This document shows positions 1 to 8,595 of a stretch of 29,815 nucleotides of DNA, piece after piece (positions within the stretch are counted from its first letter, which is position 1; each line of letters starts with the position of its first letter). The notes beneath the pieces are model-generated. The model was not told where the DNA came from. It did not search any database and saw nothing but the letters and a program-made list of their open reading frames with translations. Source of the stretch: a virus (taxonomy: Duplodnaviria; Heunggongvirae; Uroviricota; Caudoviricetes); the IMG/VR virus record IMGVR_UViG_3300031088_000793; one strand, given 5' to 3'. A program made the position numbers and the translations under genes.

Positions 1-1008
1 TCAGCCCTCCCGGTTGAGTTTGTCCAGGGTGCCCATGATCGAGTCCTTGCTCACTCCGAAGATGAAGCTGCCCCGGCGCTGAGCCTGGAGGATCACCGTG
101 TCCCGGTAGCGCTTCACCGTCTGTCGCCAGCTGACCTCAGAGAGCTCCTCGGTGCTCAGCACGAAGAGCATCTTGGGAGAGACCGGGAGGCTGTAGACCC
201 GAGCGCTGCCGAAGCGGTCCACGAAGGGCGGCACATAGGGCGTGAAGGGCAGCATGTGCTGAGCCTTGAGGAAGCGCGCCTGCATCTTGGGACCGACAGC
301 GTCCATGTTCACCAGGATGGCGTCCAGGATGTCGCTGAGCTTGCTGTGGACGAAGCGCTGTCCATAGCGAGGGTTCCGGACGGACTGCACGAAGAAGAAG
401 AGCGCCACGAGGCCGTGGTCGATCTCTCGATCCTGGCGAGTGCGGCCCTGAGCGTAGAGGCTCTCGATCATGCAGAAGAAGAACTCAGCGCCGTCCTCGT
501 AGAACCCAGCTCCGTTGACCTTCTCGTGGATGAAGCTCGTGTCCCTCGTCTCGAAGCCCATGACGAGCTCGTCTGCGAAGCTCACTCCGGGGATGGAGAC
601 GGAGCGGCTGTTCTTGCTCTCACTGGTCATCGTGCCGAAGGGGCCGAGGTAGGCCAGGGGCATCCAGTGCTGCTTCTTGGGAGCGCCCATGGAGCCGTAC
701 TCGTGGATGGCGCCTCGAACGGCAGCTGCGAAGAGCGTCTTGACAACGGCCGCGAAGATTCCGTCATCGCCGCTGACGAACTTGCTGGCGAAGTGGATGG
801 GGTTGTTGAAGAACTCCAGCAGGGAGCCTGTGAGCTTGGGATCGGCCTTGGCGATGGCTCGGAGCGAGACGATGCGCTCGCCGAGGGTAGAGCCGGTGAG
901 CTCGATGCCGAAGAGGGCTTCCAGTGCGGTGAGCTGGTCGCCGAAGATCGCGGATGCGGCCTTGGTGGTGGTGTCCATGGGGTAACCGTACACCACGGCC
1001 GAGATCAC
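1..1008 (-). CDS. DUF4238-like domain protein (start may instead be ATG at 978)
   Basis: Complete ORF ending TGA at 1-3. KKQHWMPLAYLGPF matches the DUF4238 N-terminal QH[YW]xPxxYLxxF motif and YSLPVSPKMLFVL matches the C-terminal LP[LV]SP motif. About 100 extra N-terminal residues. Recognised by eye, no HMM run. Confidence 0.6.
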   Translation of the reverse strand: MISAVVYGYPMDTTTKAASAIFGDQLTALEALFGIELTGSTLGERIVSLRAIAKADPKLTGSLLEFFNNPIHFASKFVSGDDGIFAAVVKTLFAAAVRGAIHEYGSMGAPKKQHWMPLAYLGPFGTMTSESKNSRSVSIPGVSFADELVMGFETRDTSFIHEKVNGAGFYEDGAEFFFCMIESLYAQGRTRQDREIDHGLVALFFFVQSVRNPRYGQRFVHSKLSDILDAILVNMDAVGPKMQARFLKAQHMLPFTPYVPPFVDRFGSARVYSLPVSPKMLFVLSTEELSEVSWRQTVKRYRDTVILQAQRRGSFIFGVSKDSIMGTLDKLNREG

Positions 1009-1038
1009 CGCAACCGTGAATAGCCCTCCGGATCAGCT

Positions 1039-1251
1039 CTAGGACTTGATGCGCTCAGTGATGACGAAGGCGAAGCCGTCCTCGTCGCTGGAGATTGTGG
1101 CCCAGTCGTCGTAGCTGATGTCGAGGCCGAGCTCCTTAGCCTTGTTCTGAGCCCAGGTGTAGGCCATACCGAGATCCTTCATGTCCCCGCCGTTGGGGAC
1201 TTCGAAGCGGTGCTCCTTCACGGTGACAGTGGAGGTGGTTGCTCTGGTCAT
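1039..1251 (-). CDS. small hypothetical protein (70 aa)
   Basis: ATG with GGGAG RBS; TGATAG promoter-like motif at 1294-1299; same strand as neighbours. Confidence 0.75.
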   Translation of the reverse strand: MTRATTSTVTVKEHRFEVPNGGDMKDLGMAYTWAQNKAKELGLDISYDDWATISSDEDGFAFVITERIKS

Positions 1252-1318
1252 GGAAACTCCCGGGAATCTGCAGCATGGATGGAACTGTCAGCTCTATCAT
1301 GCCAAGTATCCTATGCGG

Positions 1319-1735
1319 TTAGCCCGCGAAATCGCGCGTACGGTTAGGCCAGTAGGATGGAGTATTGAGAGCTACAGCGAGCTCTTCGACTGAAGCAAAG
1401 TCGAAGAAGGGATCACCATTGCTCTCTCGCATATAGCCGTAGCCTCGAACTCCAGGCGAACCGTACATGCTCTCAGGATTGACTTTTTGATCCCGAACCT
1501 TGATTAGCCTGACGGCTCCACAAGACTTACCATAGCAGCACTGGCGCTCGATGGTCTCGGGGAGCTCATCGAAGCTCGCATCGGGGCTCACGGGAGTCTG
1601 AGGTGTCAGAGCCCAGAGGCGCTCATCGGCATCGGCTGAGCCGAGGAGCTCCTGCTGCAGCTCAAGGAGCTCAGGATCGGAGGCCCAGAGCTCGGCGATG
1701 GTGGGAGCAGGCCTACGCTCGGAGCTGCCGGCCAT
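1319..1735 (-). CDS. hypothetical protein (138 aa)
   Basis: Start overlaps the upstream stop (TGATG at 1733-1737), indicating translational coupling. Confidence 0.75.
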   Translation of the reverse strand: MAGSSERRPAPTIAELWASDPELLELQQELLGSADADERLWALTPQTPVSPDASFDELPETIERQCCYGKSCGAVRLIKVRDQKVNPESMYGSPGVRGYGYMRESNGDPFFDFASVEELAVALNTPSYWPNRTRDFAG

Positions 1736-2163
1736 CAGGAGAACTCTCCGCTGAGGAAGAGCTTGCCCGACTGGGGATCGATCCAGTGGCGAGAGCGCCA
1801 GGCATCGGCCTGAGGCTCATCCCAGATCTTCAGGCTATCTCCGCCGAAGCTGTGGTTGGGGTCGTGCTCGTGGTCCCGGAGCCACTGGATCTTCTTCTCC
1901 GAGGAGGCGGCGCCGTCCTCGAGGTACTCAGCGATGAACTCCTCGGTGTCCACCTCCGTGCCGTACTCGTCCCGGATTACCACGGAGTCGGTGTTGTGGC
2001 GAAGGAACTTGACCCAGCTCTCGATGTCGGGGAAGTGCCGACCGGAGACGGTGCTGAGGCCGTAGACATCGGGAGAGGACCGAGTGGCTTTGCCGATGTG
2101 CATCTTGTAGAAGACTCCGCTGGAGCCGCCGAGCTCGAAGTGGGCGTAGAAGTTTGTGCTCAT
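1735..2163 (-). CDS. phage-type hypothetical protein (M[GS]TNxY...HIGK...DEYG...EFS family)
   Basis: MSTNFY, HIGK, IRDEYG and terminal GEFS resemble a widespread uncharacterised phage family, recalled from memory and not searched. Confidence 0.7.
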   Translation of the reverse strand: MSTNFYAHFELGGSSGVFYKMHIGKATRSSPDVYGLSTVSGRHFPDIESWVKFLRHNTDSVVIRDEYGTEVDTEEFIAEYLEDGAASSEKKIQWLRDHEHDPNHSFGGDSLKIWDEPQADAWRSRHWIDPQSGKLFLSGEFS

Positions 2164-2172
2164 AGTGGTTCG

Positions 2173-2181
2173 ATCCTATCA
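2173..2181 (-). promoter_or_regulatory. extended -10 promoter (TGA-TAGGAT)
   Basis: TGn-TANNNT 9 nt upstream of the ATG at 2163, with no RBS; likely a near-leaderless transcript. Confidence 0.55.
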
Positions 2182-2302
2182 TCTGACTGCAGCTGAATCA
2201 ATGGTGCTGAGGTGGCCATGTTCCTGAGCTAAAGCAGCTCGCTCGAATCACGAACCACAGAGCAGCTCTCCTGCGAAAGTACCGGAGAATGGCCAAGAGC
2301 AA

Positions 2303-2339
2303 CAGCCTAGAGCATCGATCTTGCCGATGCTCTAAGCTG
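2303..2339 (-). terminator. intergenic hairpin
   Basis: TAGAGCATCG (2308-2317) / CGATGCTCTA (2325-2334) perfect 10-bp stem, extended by CAGC/GCTG, downstream of the 2425-2952 gene. Confidence 0.55.
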
Positions 2340-2424
2340 CGCGCTCAGAGCGCAGAATCAGCACTCTGGAGATGACCCAGAAAGTCGAATCCGAGGGATC
2401 CGAGTCCGACCTCTAGGAGGTGGA

Positions 2425-2952
2425 TCAGCCGATCTCGATCCGGTGGTTCCGCAGGATGTTGCCAGCCTCGATGGCCTCAGCACTGTCAGCAGCGAGGTCC
2501 GCTCCGAAGCCAGTGAGGTCGCGGCTCGTCTGGTCGGCGGGGATTCCACCACTGGAGGGGAAGAAGCCGCCGTTGGAGACGAAGTAGGCCTGCTCGCCGC
2601 TCTCGAAGCGCAGCACGGTGAGCGTGTCGAAGAGCTCGTAGCCCTCGAGGCCGATGTAGGTCCCTGAGACGACGACCAAGGGAGCGGTTGCTCCGGTGGC
2701 CAGGGCGAGATCTGCCTCACTGAGGAAGGTCGGTCCTGAGACCACGGTTCCCATGACGGGAAGCTTGTCGACCGGGATGGAGGACTCGGACGCTGCGGGT
2801 GTCTCAGTGACCGGGGCCGTCACTGCGGGAGCAGGAGTGCTCCTGGAGCTGGCGAGACCCGAGAGGAGCGAGGAGGCTGCTCCAAGGATAATCACTGCTA
2901 CCAGGACGATGACGATGGTCTTGTTCCGGGTGCTATTGCCGTTGATGGCCAC
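2425..2952 (-). CDS. membrane-anchored extracytoplasmic protein, paralog of 3026-3547
   Basis: GTG start with GAAGGGG RBS; N-terminal hydrophobic helix (IVIVLVAVIILGAASSLL); Pro/Ala/Thr linker; shared C-terminal domain with ADQTSRDLTGFG. Confidence 0.85.
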   Translation of the reverse strand: MAINGNSTRNKTIVIVLVAVIILGAASSLLSGLASSRSTPAPAVTAPVTETPAASESSIPVDKLPVMGTVVSGPTFLSEADLALATGATAPLVVVSGTYIGLEGYELFDTLTVLRFESGEQAYFVSNGGFFPSSGGIPADQTSRDLTGFGADLAADSAEAIEAGNILRNHRIEIG

Positions 2953-2978
2953 AGGGACCCCTTCTGTCTATGATGGAT

Positions 2979-3022
2979 ACTGTTCTCCCCCATGCTACCG
3001 AAGTGTCATGGGGGAGAACAGT
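2979..3022 (-). terminator. intergenic hairpin with cUUCGg apex
   Basis: ACTGTTCTCCCCCATG / CATGGGGGAGAACAGT perfect 16-bp stem; the minus-strand loop contains cTTCGg. Confidence 0.7.
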
Positions 3023-3025
3023 GGG

Positions 3026-3547
3026 TCAGCCGAGTTCGGCCTTGTGATCTGCTAGCATCTTCGCGGCGTCAAGGCCAGCAGGACCACTAATCGGGACGGA
3101 TTCTCCGAACCCAGTTAGATCACGAGAAGTCTGGTCAGCAGCAATACTGAACCCTACGGGGAAGGGTCCATCCATCGTTGCGAAGTAGGCCTTTTCTCCA
3201 GAGCTGAGATCTAGTACCGTGAGCGTATTGAAGAACTCGTACCCCTCAGCCGGAATATAGCGGCCCCCCACTACTGTCACCGGCGTATCCATCGAAGCGG
3301 AAGCCGTCTCAATCTCAGTGGCGGTGAGTTCTGTGGGGGTCACCACAGGTGAAGCTTCAACTGGTGCAGGTGCAGCAGGTGCTTCGGCAGGCTGAGAAGC
3401 AGGATCACTAGCTACTTCAGATGGGGATTGAGACATACCCTGCTCATACCCCTCTGATACGCCATCCATAAATGCCGAACAGCCAGTCAGTCCGAATAGC
3501 GCCAAAGCGCTCACGCTAATCACAACTGTTTTCAATGTTTTGGACAC
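3026..3547 (-). CDS. lipoprotein, paralog of 2425-2952
   Basis: GTG start at 3547 with GAAGGGG RBS; signal peptide with lipobox LTG-C; C-terminal domain aligns with the neighbour (GYEFFNTLTVL...ADQTSRDLTGFG). Confidence 0.85.
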   Translation of the reverse strand: MSKTLKTVVISVSALALFGLTGCSAFMDGVSEGYEQGMSQSPSEVASDPASQPAEAPAAPAPVEASPVVTPTELTATEIETASASMDTPVTVVGGRYIPAEGYEFFNTLTVLDLSSGEKAYFATMDGPFPVGFSIAADQTSRDLTGFGESVPISGPAGLDAAKMLADHKAELG

Positions 3548-3572
3548 AATGAACCCCTTCAAATGGGGGCCA

Positions 3573-3611
3573 CTGTGGCTCCCTTCATCGATCTATCGAA
3601 GGGAGCCACAG
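3573..3611 (-). terminator. intergenic hairpin
   Basis: CTGTGGCTCCCTTC / GAAGGGAGCCACAG perfect 14-bp stem, 7 nt after the stop at 3619. Confidence 0.7.
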
Positions 3612-3618
3612 TTCCGAC

Positions 3619-4515
3619 TCAGGCTCGCCAGAGGTGATTCGTGAGGGTCCGGAGCGCCTCGAGCTTGGCGTCGTCCGAGAGCTTGTTACCCTCGACAGAA
3701 GCCCACCAGTTGGCGAGGTCAGTCGCGGTGATCTTGGCCTGACCCACCGACTTCGGCATGTCCCGGACCATGCGGCCCCGGCGATCAGCGTAGGGCTGAC
3801 CGTTCTGCTTCTTGTCGAGGACCTTCTTCACAGCACCCTGGTAGGGAACCTCGTAGAAGGTCACATCGAAGTCGCCGTCGCCGAGGTAGCCGTACTGACG
3901 GAGCGAGGCCGAGTAGCCATTCCGACCAGCGACCTCGTTGCCCAGGGCATCGACGAGCTTCCTGATCTCCGCCCCGGTGAGATCCAGAGGCAGGTTGTTG
4001 CTGATCGAGGCTCGGAGTCGGTTCCGGTCGTAGTAGCTGCCGCGCTGCTCTCGGTCTCGGATGGGAAGAGCCTTGGCGTGGAGGTCGCTGGCGAACTCCT
4101 TGCCGATGAGGATCTCACCCTTGAGGTCGTAGGGCACCTCGACGAGCTCGTACTCGAGCTCCGTCCGGGTCTCCACGGGCTCAGCGAGCTTGCGCTCGTA
4201 GAACCGCTTGAAGTTTTCGGAGATCTTCTCGTAGCTCTCCTCGTCGAGCTCCTTGAGCTCGCTGCTTCGATCCTTGGGGATGTAGCTCAGCACTTCCCGG
4301 CTCCAGCTGGAGCTCACGAGCTGAAGCTTTCCCTCGGTGGCGAAGTGAGCCCGGTAGCTGTAGGTCCCCAGAGCCTCCATGATCTCAGTGGTGAGGGCGT
4401 GGGAGTGCTCGCTGACCTCCACACCGTCGTTCAGGAGGATGATGCTGCGCAGGTTGCCGGGCGCGAAGAGCACGGTTGCGTTGGGGAAGCGGTAGATGAT
4501 GTTCTTGGCGGCCAT
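3619..4515 (-). CDS. hypothetical protein (298 aa)
   Basis: Long ORF coupled to the upstream gene by TGATG; no motif recognised. Confidence 0.85.
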   Translation of the reverse strand: MAAKNIIYRFPNATVLFAPGNLRSIILLNDGVEVSEHSHALTTEIMEALGTYSYRAHFATEGKLQLVSSSWSREVLSYIPKDRSSELKELDEESYEKISENFKRFYERKLAEPVETRTELEYELVEVPYDLKGEILIGKEFASDLHAKALPIRDREQRGSYYDRNRLRASISNNLPLDLTGAEIRKLVDALGNEVAGRNGYSASLRQYGYLGDGDFDVTFYEVPYQGAVKKVLDKKQNGQPYADRRGRMVRDMPKSVGQAKITATDLANWWASVEGNKLSDDAKLEALRTLTNHLWRA

Positions 4516-4934
4516 CAGCTGTTCTCCTCTGTGGTCTTGGCTGCAGCGCTCGCCTTGACGAGCTTCGAGACGGCGATCTCGACAGAGCGGATGTAGTCCT
4601 CAGCCAGCTCCCGGGTGAGGAAGAAGAACTGAGGCGGGTTGGCTTTGAAGAAGGGAGACTCGATCTTCGAGCTCGTGAGGTCGTTGGCACGGAGCTCCAT
4701 GGACCAGACCGTGGGCTCGGACTCGATCTGAGCCTGAGTGGGATCCAGGGGATCCACGGGCCGCGTGCTCGACTGACGGTAGACGCTGAGGATGACCTTG
4801 AGGAAGTCCTTGTGGACCACCGAGAAGTAGCTCTCGCCGAGCTCCTCGACGGTCTTCTCGACGCCCCGGACGACCGCGTTGAGGATCACGGAGTTCGAGA
4901 TCACGGTGGGCAGAGCGATGGTTGCTGTGCTCAT
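4515..4934 (-). CDS. hypothetical protein (139 aa)
   Basis: TGATG overlaps at both ends; AAGGTG/GAAGG RBS-like sequence upstream. Confidence 0.8.
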   Translation of the reverse strand: MSTATIALPTVISNSVILNAVVRGVEKTVEELGESYFSVVHKDFLKVILSVYRQSSTRPVDPLDPTQAQIESEPTVWSMELRANDLTSSKIESPFFKANPPQFFFLTRELAEDYIRSVEIAVSKLVKASAAAKTTEENS

Positions 4935-5434
4935 CAGTTGGCACCTTCCTTCAGAGCGACGAGGGCATCGAGGTACTGCAGGGTGGCCTCCCGGTGGCTG
5001 CCGGAGTCGGCGGCGATGTCCAGGGACTCGAGCTCGGGGAGGAGCTCACGGAGCGCCACGGCGAAGCTGTAGATCTCCTCGCTGATGGGCGCCTTGAGCT
5101 CCTTGCCCGTGACGATGCTGTAGGACTCCTGCTCAGCGAGGAGCTTCTGCGCCAGGCTGGGGTGGGAGATCTTCTGCTCGTCCTCGGTGAGGTAGCGGGT
5201 CTCGCTCTCGACCCGGACAGCGCGCACGGGGAAGACCTCGGGGACCTCGCCGTTGTTGAACTCGTCGTCCTGGTTCTCAGTGAGGCCTCGGTCGTAGTTG
5301 ATCCGGTAGAACTTGCCGTCCTCCGCCTTCACCACGGAGGCCATGTTCTCGTACCAGCGACGCTCGCCGCCGCCCTCGCTGGTGACCTCGCGCTCGTAGA
5401 CGAGGTCCTTCTTCTCTTCTGCTGTTAGGTACAT
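4934..5434 (-). CDS. phage-type hypothetical protein (RRW...GKFY...GLTExQ family), probably leaderless
   Basis: ERRWYENMASVVKAEDGKFYRINYDRGLTENQDDEF resembles a common small phage family. ATG at 5434 lies 6 nt after a TACTCT -10 box. Confidence 0.75.
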   Translation of the reverse strand: MYLTAEEKKDLVYEREVTSEGGGERRWYENMASVVKAEDGKFYRINYDRGLTENQDDEFNNGEVPEVFPVRAVRVESETRYLTEDEQKISHPSLAQKLLAEQESYSIVTGKELKAPISEEIYSFAVALRELLPELESLDIAADSGSHREATLQYLDALVALKEGAN

Positions 5435-5440
5435 GTGTCC

Positions 5441-5446
5441 AGAGTA
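5441..5446 (-). promoter_or_regulatory. -10 box TACTCT (leaderless start)
   Basis: TANNNT exactly 6 nt before the ATG at 5434. Confidence 0.45.
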
Positions 5447-5474
5447 CACCATGGAGCTCAGCTCCACAACCACC

Positions 5475-6290
5475 TCAGAGAACAGCTAGCTTCTGCGGTC
5501 CTGCCTGGAGTATCCTGTCGAAGTAGCGGAATGTCCAGCTCGTGATGCCGATGGCCTTGGCGGCAGCTCGGACATGGGTAGGAGTCGTGTAACCTAGGGC
5601 GAGGAGGCCGAGGAAGGCGGTGGGGGTCATCTCAGCGCGCTTGAACTGAGCGAGGACACTCAGTGTCTTGGGATCGGCACTGGGATCAACTGCCCTCAGG
5701 AGCTTCAGCGCCTGCTCTAGCTCCTCTGGAGTGAGTAGCATGAGCACATAGTAGCCGTAGACCTTCCAGAGCGCAGTGTCGTGGCCCTTGGCATAGGCCT
5801 CATGCTCGTAGGCTGAGATGTCCACGATGGGCCTCCTAAAGACCCGGGAGTGGATGTAGCCCACGGGGAGTTCGCTCCTCCAGATGAGCTCGTGGTCCAC
5901 TGAGCGAGCCATGGGCCTCGCATCCATGAGCTCGTCGGAGCGCTGGAGCGCCCGATCCCGCTGATCCTCGGGGAGCTCGTAATAGAGACCGATGAGCGCG
6001 CCTAGGTCGTAGAAACCGAGCTGGGGCTCCTCCCGGTTTCGGCCGCTCACCAGGGGATTGATCTTCACATCGAGCTGGTAGAGCGCGAGGCCGAGATCCC
6101 GGGGCGCCACAGCGAGGCCATCCTGAAGGCTACCCTCGTAGGCAGCGATGATCGAGCTGAAGGGCTTGAGCTTACGAGTTGGAGCGTTGGCCTTGAGCTT
6201 TGCGCGGCCCATGAACTCTCGCTTGAGTTCTCCTAGGATCAAGGTCAATTCTTCGAAGAGGTTCTCCAGAGGAGTGGGCTGTGCTGTCAT
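5475..6290 (-). CDS. hypothetical protein, paralog of 6378-7205
   Basis: Shares TPLE, VDHELIWxSELPVGYI, YAKGHD, LGYxxP and GITSW..YFDxIL with the neighbour. Confidence 0.85.
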   Translation of the reverse strand: MTAQPTPLENLFEELTLILGELKREFMGRAKLKANAPTRKLKPFSSIIAAYEGSLQDGLAVAPRDLGLALYQLDVKINPLVSGRNREEPQLGFYDLGALIGLYYELPEDQRDRALQRSDELMDARPMARSVDHELIWRSELPVGYIHSRVFRRPIVDISAYEHEAYAKGHDTALWKVYGYYVLMLLTPEELEQALKLLRAVDPSADPKTLSVLAQFKRAEMTPTAFLGLLALGYTTPTHVRAAAKAIGITSWTFRYFDRILQAGPQKLAVL

Positions 6291-6377
6291 GGAGATGTTC
6301 TATCGAAGCTCCGGCACTCGCGGCGCCTAGGGAGAAAGCATACCGCGGAGTTTGATTGAGCGCTCCAGGCTCTGCAG

Positions 6378-7205
6378 CTAGGCTACGGCAAAGGCTAGAG
6401 CTGAGCCGCCCGCGAGGATCTGATCGAAGTAGCTCCGGTTCCAGCTCGTGATCCCCAGAGTCTTGGCAGCCCGGCGAAGCTGAGCAGGTGAGCCGTAGCC
6501 CAGCCGGAGGAGCTTCAGCAGGAGCTCGGAGCTCATGGAGTCAGCCTTGAACGCAGCGAGGTTGCTCAGCTCTCTGAGCTTTCTCCCAGGATGGTAGTGC
6601 TTCAGAAGCCTCACGGCCTCGGCGAGCTCCCCAGGATCGAGGAGCTCGAGGACCTGTGATCCGTACTCCTCTGCGAGGGAGCTGTCGTGCCCCTTGGCAT
6701 AGACCGTGTACTCCAGGATGGAGACAGATCCCGCATGGTAGGGACTCTCTGACTCGGGATTGGAACTGATGTAGCCCACGGGGAGCTCGCTGGACCAGAT
6801 CAGCTCGTGGTCGACGACTCGAGCTCGATGCTTATGGGCGATGAGCTCGTTGGAGCGCTCAGCGGCAACGGGCTGATGCTCAGGAGGAAGACTGTAGTAG
6901 GACTGAAGAAGCCTGGTGGCGGAAGTTATTTCGAGGGCAGGCGGCGAGTAGAAGCTGAAGGACTCTTCAGCTCCCCGCTGCATCGCTAGTCCGGTGATCG
7001 CATGCTTCAGCTCATCGGGGAAGGATCCCGGCACGCTCAGCGAGGATTCCTCATAGGTGGCGACCAGCCTGCTGAAAAGCCTCAGCTCCAGAATGCGCTT
7101 GAACTCCTCTGCTCTGGAGCCATAGATGTTGGCTCGGAGCTCGAGATTGGGGCCGATGAGGGCGTCGAAGAGCTCCTCGAGGGGAGTGTACTTTGCTCTG
7201 GTCAT
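6378..7205 (-). CDS. hypothetical protein, paralog of 5475-6290
   Basis: Same shared motifs; ATG lies 6 nt after TGA-TAGCAT. Confidence 0.85.
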   Translation of the reverse strand: MTRAKYTPLEELFDALIGPNLELRANIYGSRAEEFKRILELRLFSRLVATYEESSLSVPGSFPDELKHAITGLAMQRGAEESFSFYSPPALEITSATRLLQSYYSLPPEHQPVAAERSNELIAHKHRARVVDHELIWSSELPVGYISSNPESESPYHAGSVSILEYTVYAKGHDSSLAEEYGSQVLELLDPGELAEAVRLLKHYHPGRKLRELSNLAAFKADSMSSELLLKLLRLGYGSPAQLRRAAKTLGITSWNRSYFDQILAGGSALAFAVA

Positions 7206-7211
7206 CCGGCG

Positions 7212-7220
7212 ATGCTATCA
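7212..7220 (-). promoter_or_regulatory. extended -10 promoter (TGA-TAGCAT), leaderless
   Basis: TGn-TANNNT with a 6-nt spacer to the ATG at 7205; no RBS. Confidence 0.6.
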
Positions 7221-7246
7221 TGCTGAGCTCAAGCTGGCAACGGCGA

Positions 7247-7281
7247 AGGGCGCCCGCTGACGATCAGTCAGCGAGCGCCCT
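7247..7281 (-). terminator. hairpin after glf
   Basis: AGGGCGCCCGCTGAC / GTCAGCGAGCGCCCT, 15-bp stem with one non-canonical pair. Confidence 0.6.
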
Positions 7282-7296
7282 CAGTGTCGCCGGAGC

Positions 7297-8478
7297 TCAG
7301 AGGTGAGCGGGGTAGCGAGGCACGCTGTTGAGGTGAGCCTGGAGCTTCCGCTCGTAGAGGTGGATGGCCGCATTGACTGCCTGGTGCATGTCGTAGTAGA
7401 GGAAACCAGCAAGGCGGCCTCCGAAGAAGATCCCCTTCTCCTCCTCAGCGCGAGCTCGCTCCTTGTAGGCAGCTGCGAGCTCACTGCTCGAATCGCTGTT
7501 GATCGGGTAGTAGACCTCGTCGTCCTCTCCGGCGAAGCGCGAGTACTCCCGGGTGATCAGCGTCTTGCCGGCGACCTTGTTCTCAGCTGACTGGGGGTCG
7601 TAGTGCTGGTGCTCCAGGATCCGAGTGAAGGGCACATCCGCGTCGTTGTAGTTCATCACTGCGGTGCCCTGGAAGTCATCCACATCCACGACCTCATCCA
7701 CGAGGTCTACGGTGCGCCAGGGAAGCCTGCCGAGCTCGTAGCCGAAGTACTCGTCGAGGGGTCCAGTGTAGACCGTGGGAACTCCGCTGAAGGCCTCTCG
7801 CTGTGCGAAGTAGTCCTGGCCGTAGCGGATCTCGATGTTGGGGTGCTTCGCCATGGACTCAAACATGGCTGTGTAGCCCTTCGAGGGCTGACCCTGGTAG
7901 CGGTCGTTGAAGTAGCGAGCATCGAAGCTGTAGCGCACGGGGAGCCGAGTGATGATCCCGGCGTCGAGCTCCCTGGGATCGGTCTGCCACTGCTTGGCGG
8001 TGTAGCCCTTGACGAACTTCTCGTAGAGCCTTCGGCCGATGAGGCTGATGGCCTTCTCCTCCAGGTTGCTCGCAGACTCGCTGTCGATCTCTGCGGCCTC
8101 CGCGGCGATGAGCTCCCTCGCCTCGTCGGGAGTGAAGTAGCGGCCGTAGACCTGAGCGATGAGCCCGAGGTTCATGGGGAAAGAGTAGACCTGACCCTCG
8201 CTGTTGGCGAAGACCCGGTGCTCGTAGGGTGTGAACTCGGTGAAACGGTTGAGATACTTCCAGACCCGCTCGTTGGGGGTGTGGAAGAGGTGGGATCCGA
8301 AGACATGCTTGGTGATCCCCGTGGCCTCGTCGAGCTCGTCGTAGCAGTTTCCACCGATGTGGTCCCGGCGCTCGAGGATCAGCACCTTTCGGCCCTGGCG
8401 GGCAGCGTGCTCGGCCACCGTGAGCCCGAAGATTCCGGCGCCTACGATGAGGAGGTCTGGCTGGTCAGTTGCTGTCAT
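7297..8478 (-). CDS. glf: UDP-galactopyranose mutase (FAD-dependent, EC 5.4.99.9)
   Basis: LIVGAGIFG FAD-binding motif, HIGGNCY, GSHLFHT, KQWQTDP, RLPVR, RYFND, YYP and GRLA..Y.DMHQ are all Glf hallmarks. Start set at MTATDQPD (8478). Confidence 0.95.
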   Translation of the reverse strand: MTATDQPDLLIVGAGIFGLTVAEHAARQGRKVLILERRDHIGGNCYDELDEATGITKHVFGSHLFHTPNERVWKYLNRFTEFTPYEHRVFANSEGQVYSFPMNLGLIAQVYGRYFTPDEARELIAAEAAEIDSESASNLEEKAISLIGRRLYEKFVKGYTAKQWQTDPRELDAGIITRLPVRYSFDARYFNDRYQGQPSKGYTAMFESMAKHPNIEIRYGQDYFAQREAFSGVPTVYTGPLDEYFGYELGRLPWRTVDLVDEVVDVDDFQGTAVMNYNDADVPFTRILEHQHYDPQSAENKVAGKTLITREYSRFAGEDDEVYYPINSDSSSELAAAYKERARAEEEKGIFFGGRLAGFLYYDMHQAVNAAIHLYERKLQAHLNSVPRYPAHL

Positions 8479-8534
8479 GGTGCTGCTTTCTCTGGAAGTA
8501 CTGCGTCTGCAGCTACTATATCTAAGCCTGATCG

Positions 8535-8585
8535 GACGGTGACCCTGAGAGACCGAAAGCATCTCGGTCTCTCAGGGTCACCGTC
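8535..8585 (-). terminator. long perfect hairpin directly after the Rhs gene
   Basis: GACGGTGACCCTGAGAGACCGA / TCGGTCTCTCAGGGTCACCGTC, 22-bp perfect stem with a 7-nt loop. Confidence 0.75.
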
Positions 8586-8595
8586 TATTGGTAGC

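Noticed and set aside
2167-2176. GGTTCGATCC, resembling a tRNA T-loop
   Set aside because: The flanking T-stem is poor, there is no D-arm, anticodon arm or acceptor stem, and it overlaps the leader of a minus-strand gene.
8479-8562. N-terminal extension of glf, or a hidden Rhs immunity ORF
   Set aside because: The region is mostly a 22-bp hairpin plus a promoter-like TATAGT; Glf homology starts at MTATDQPDLLIVGAG.
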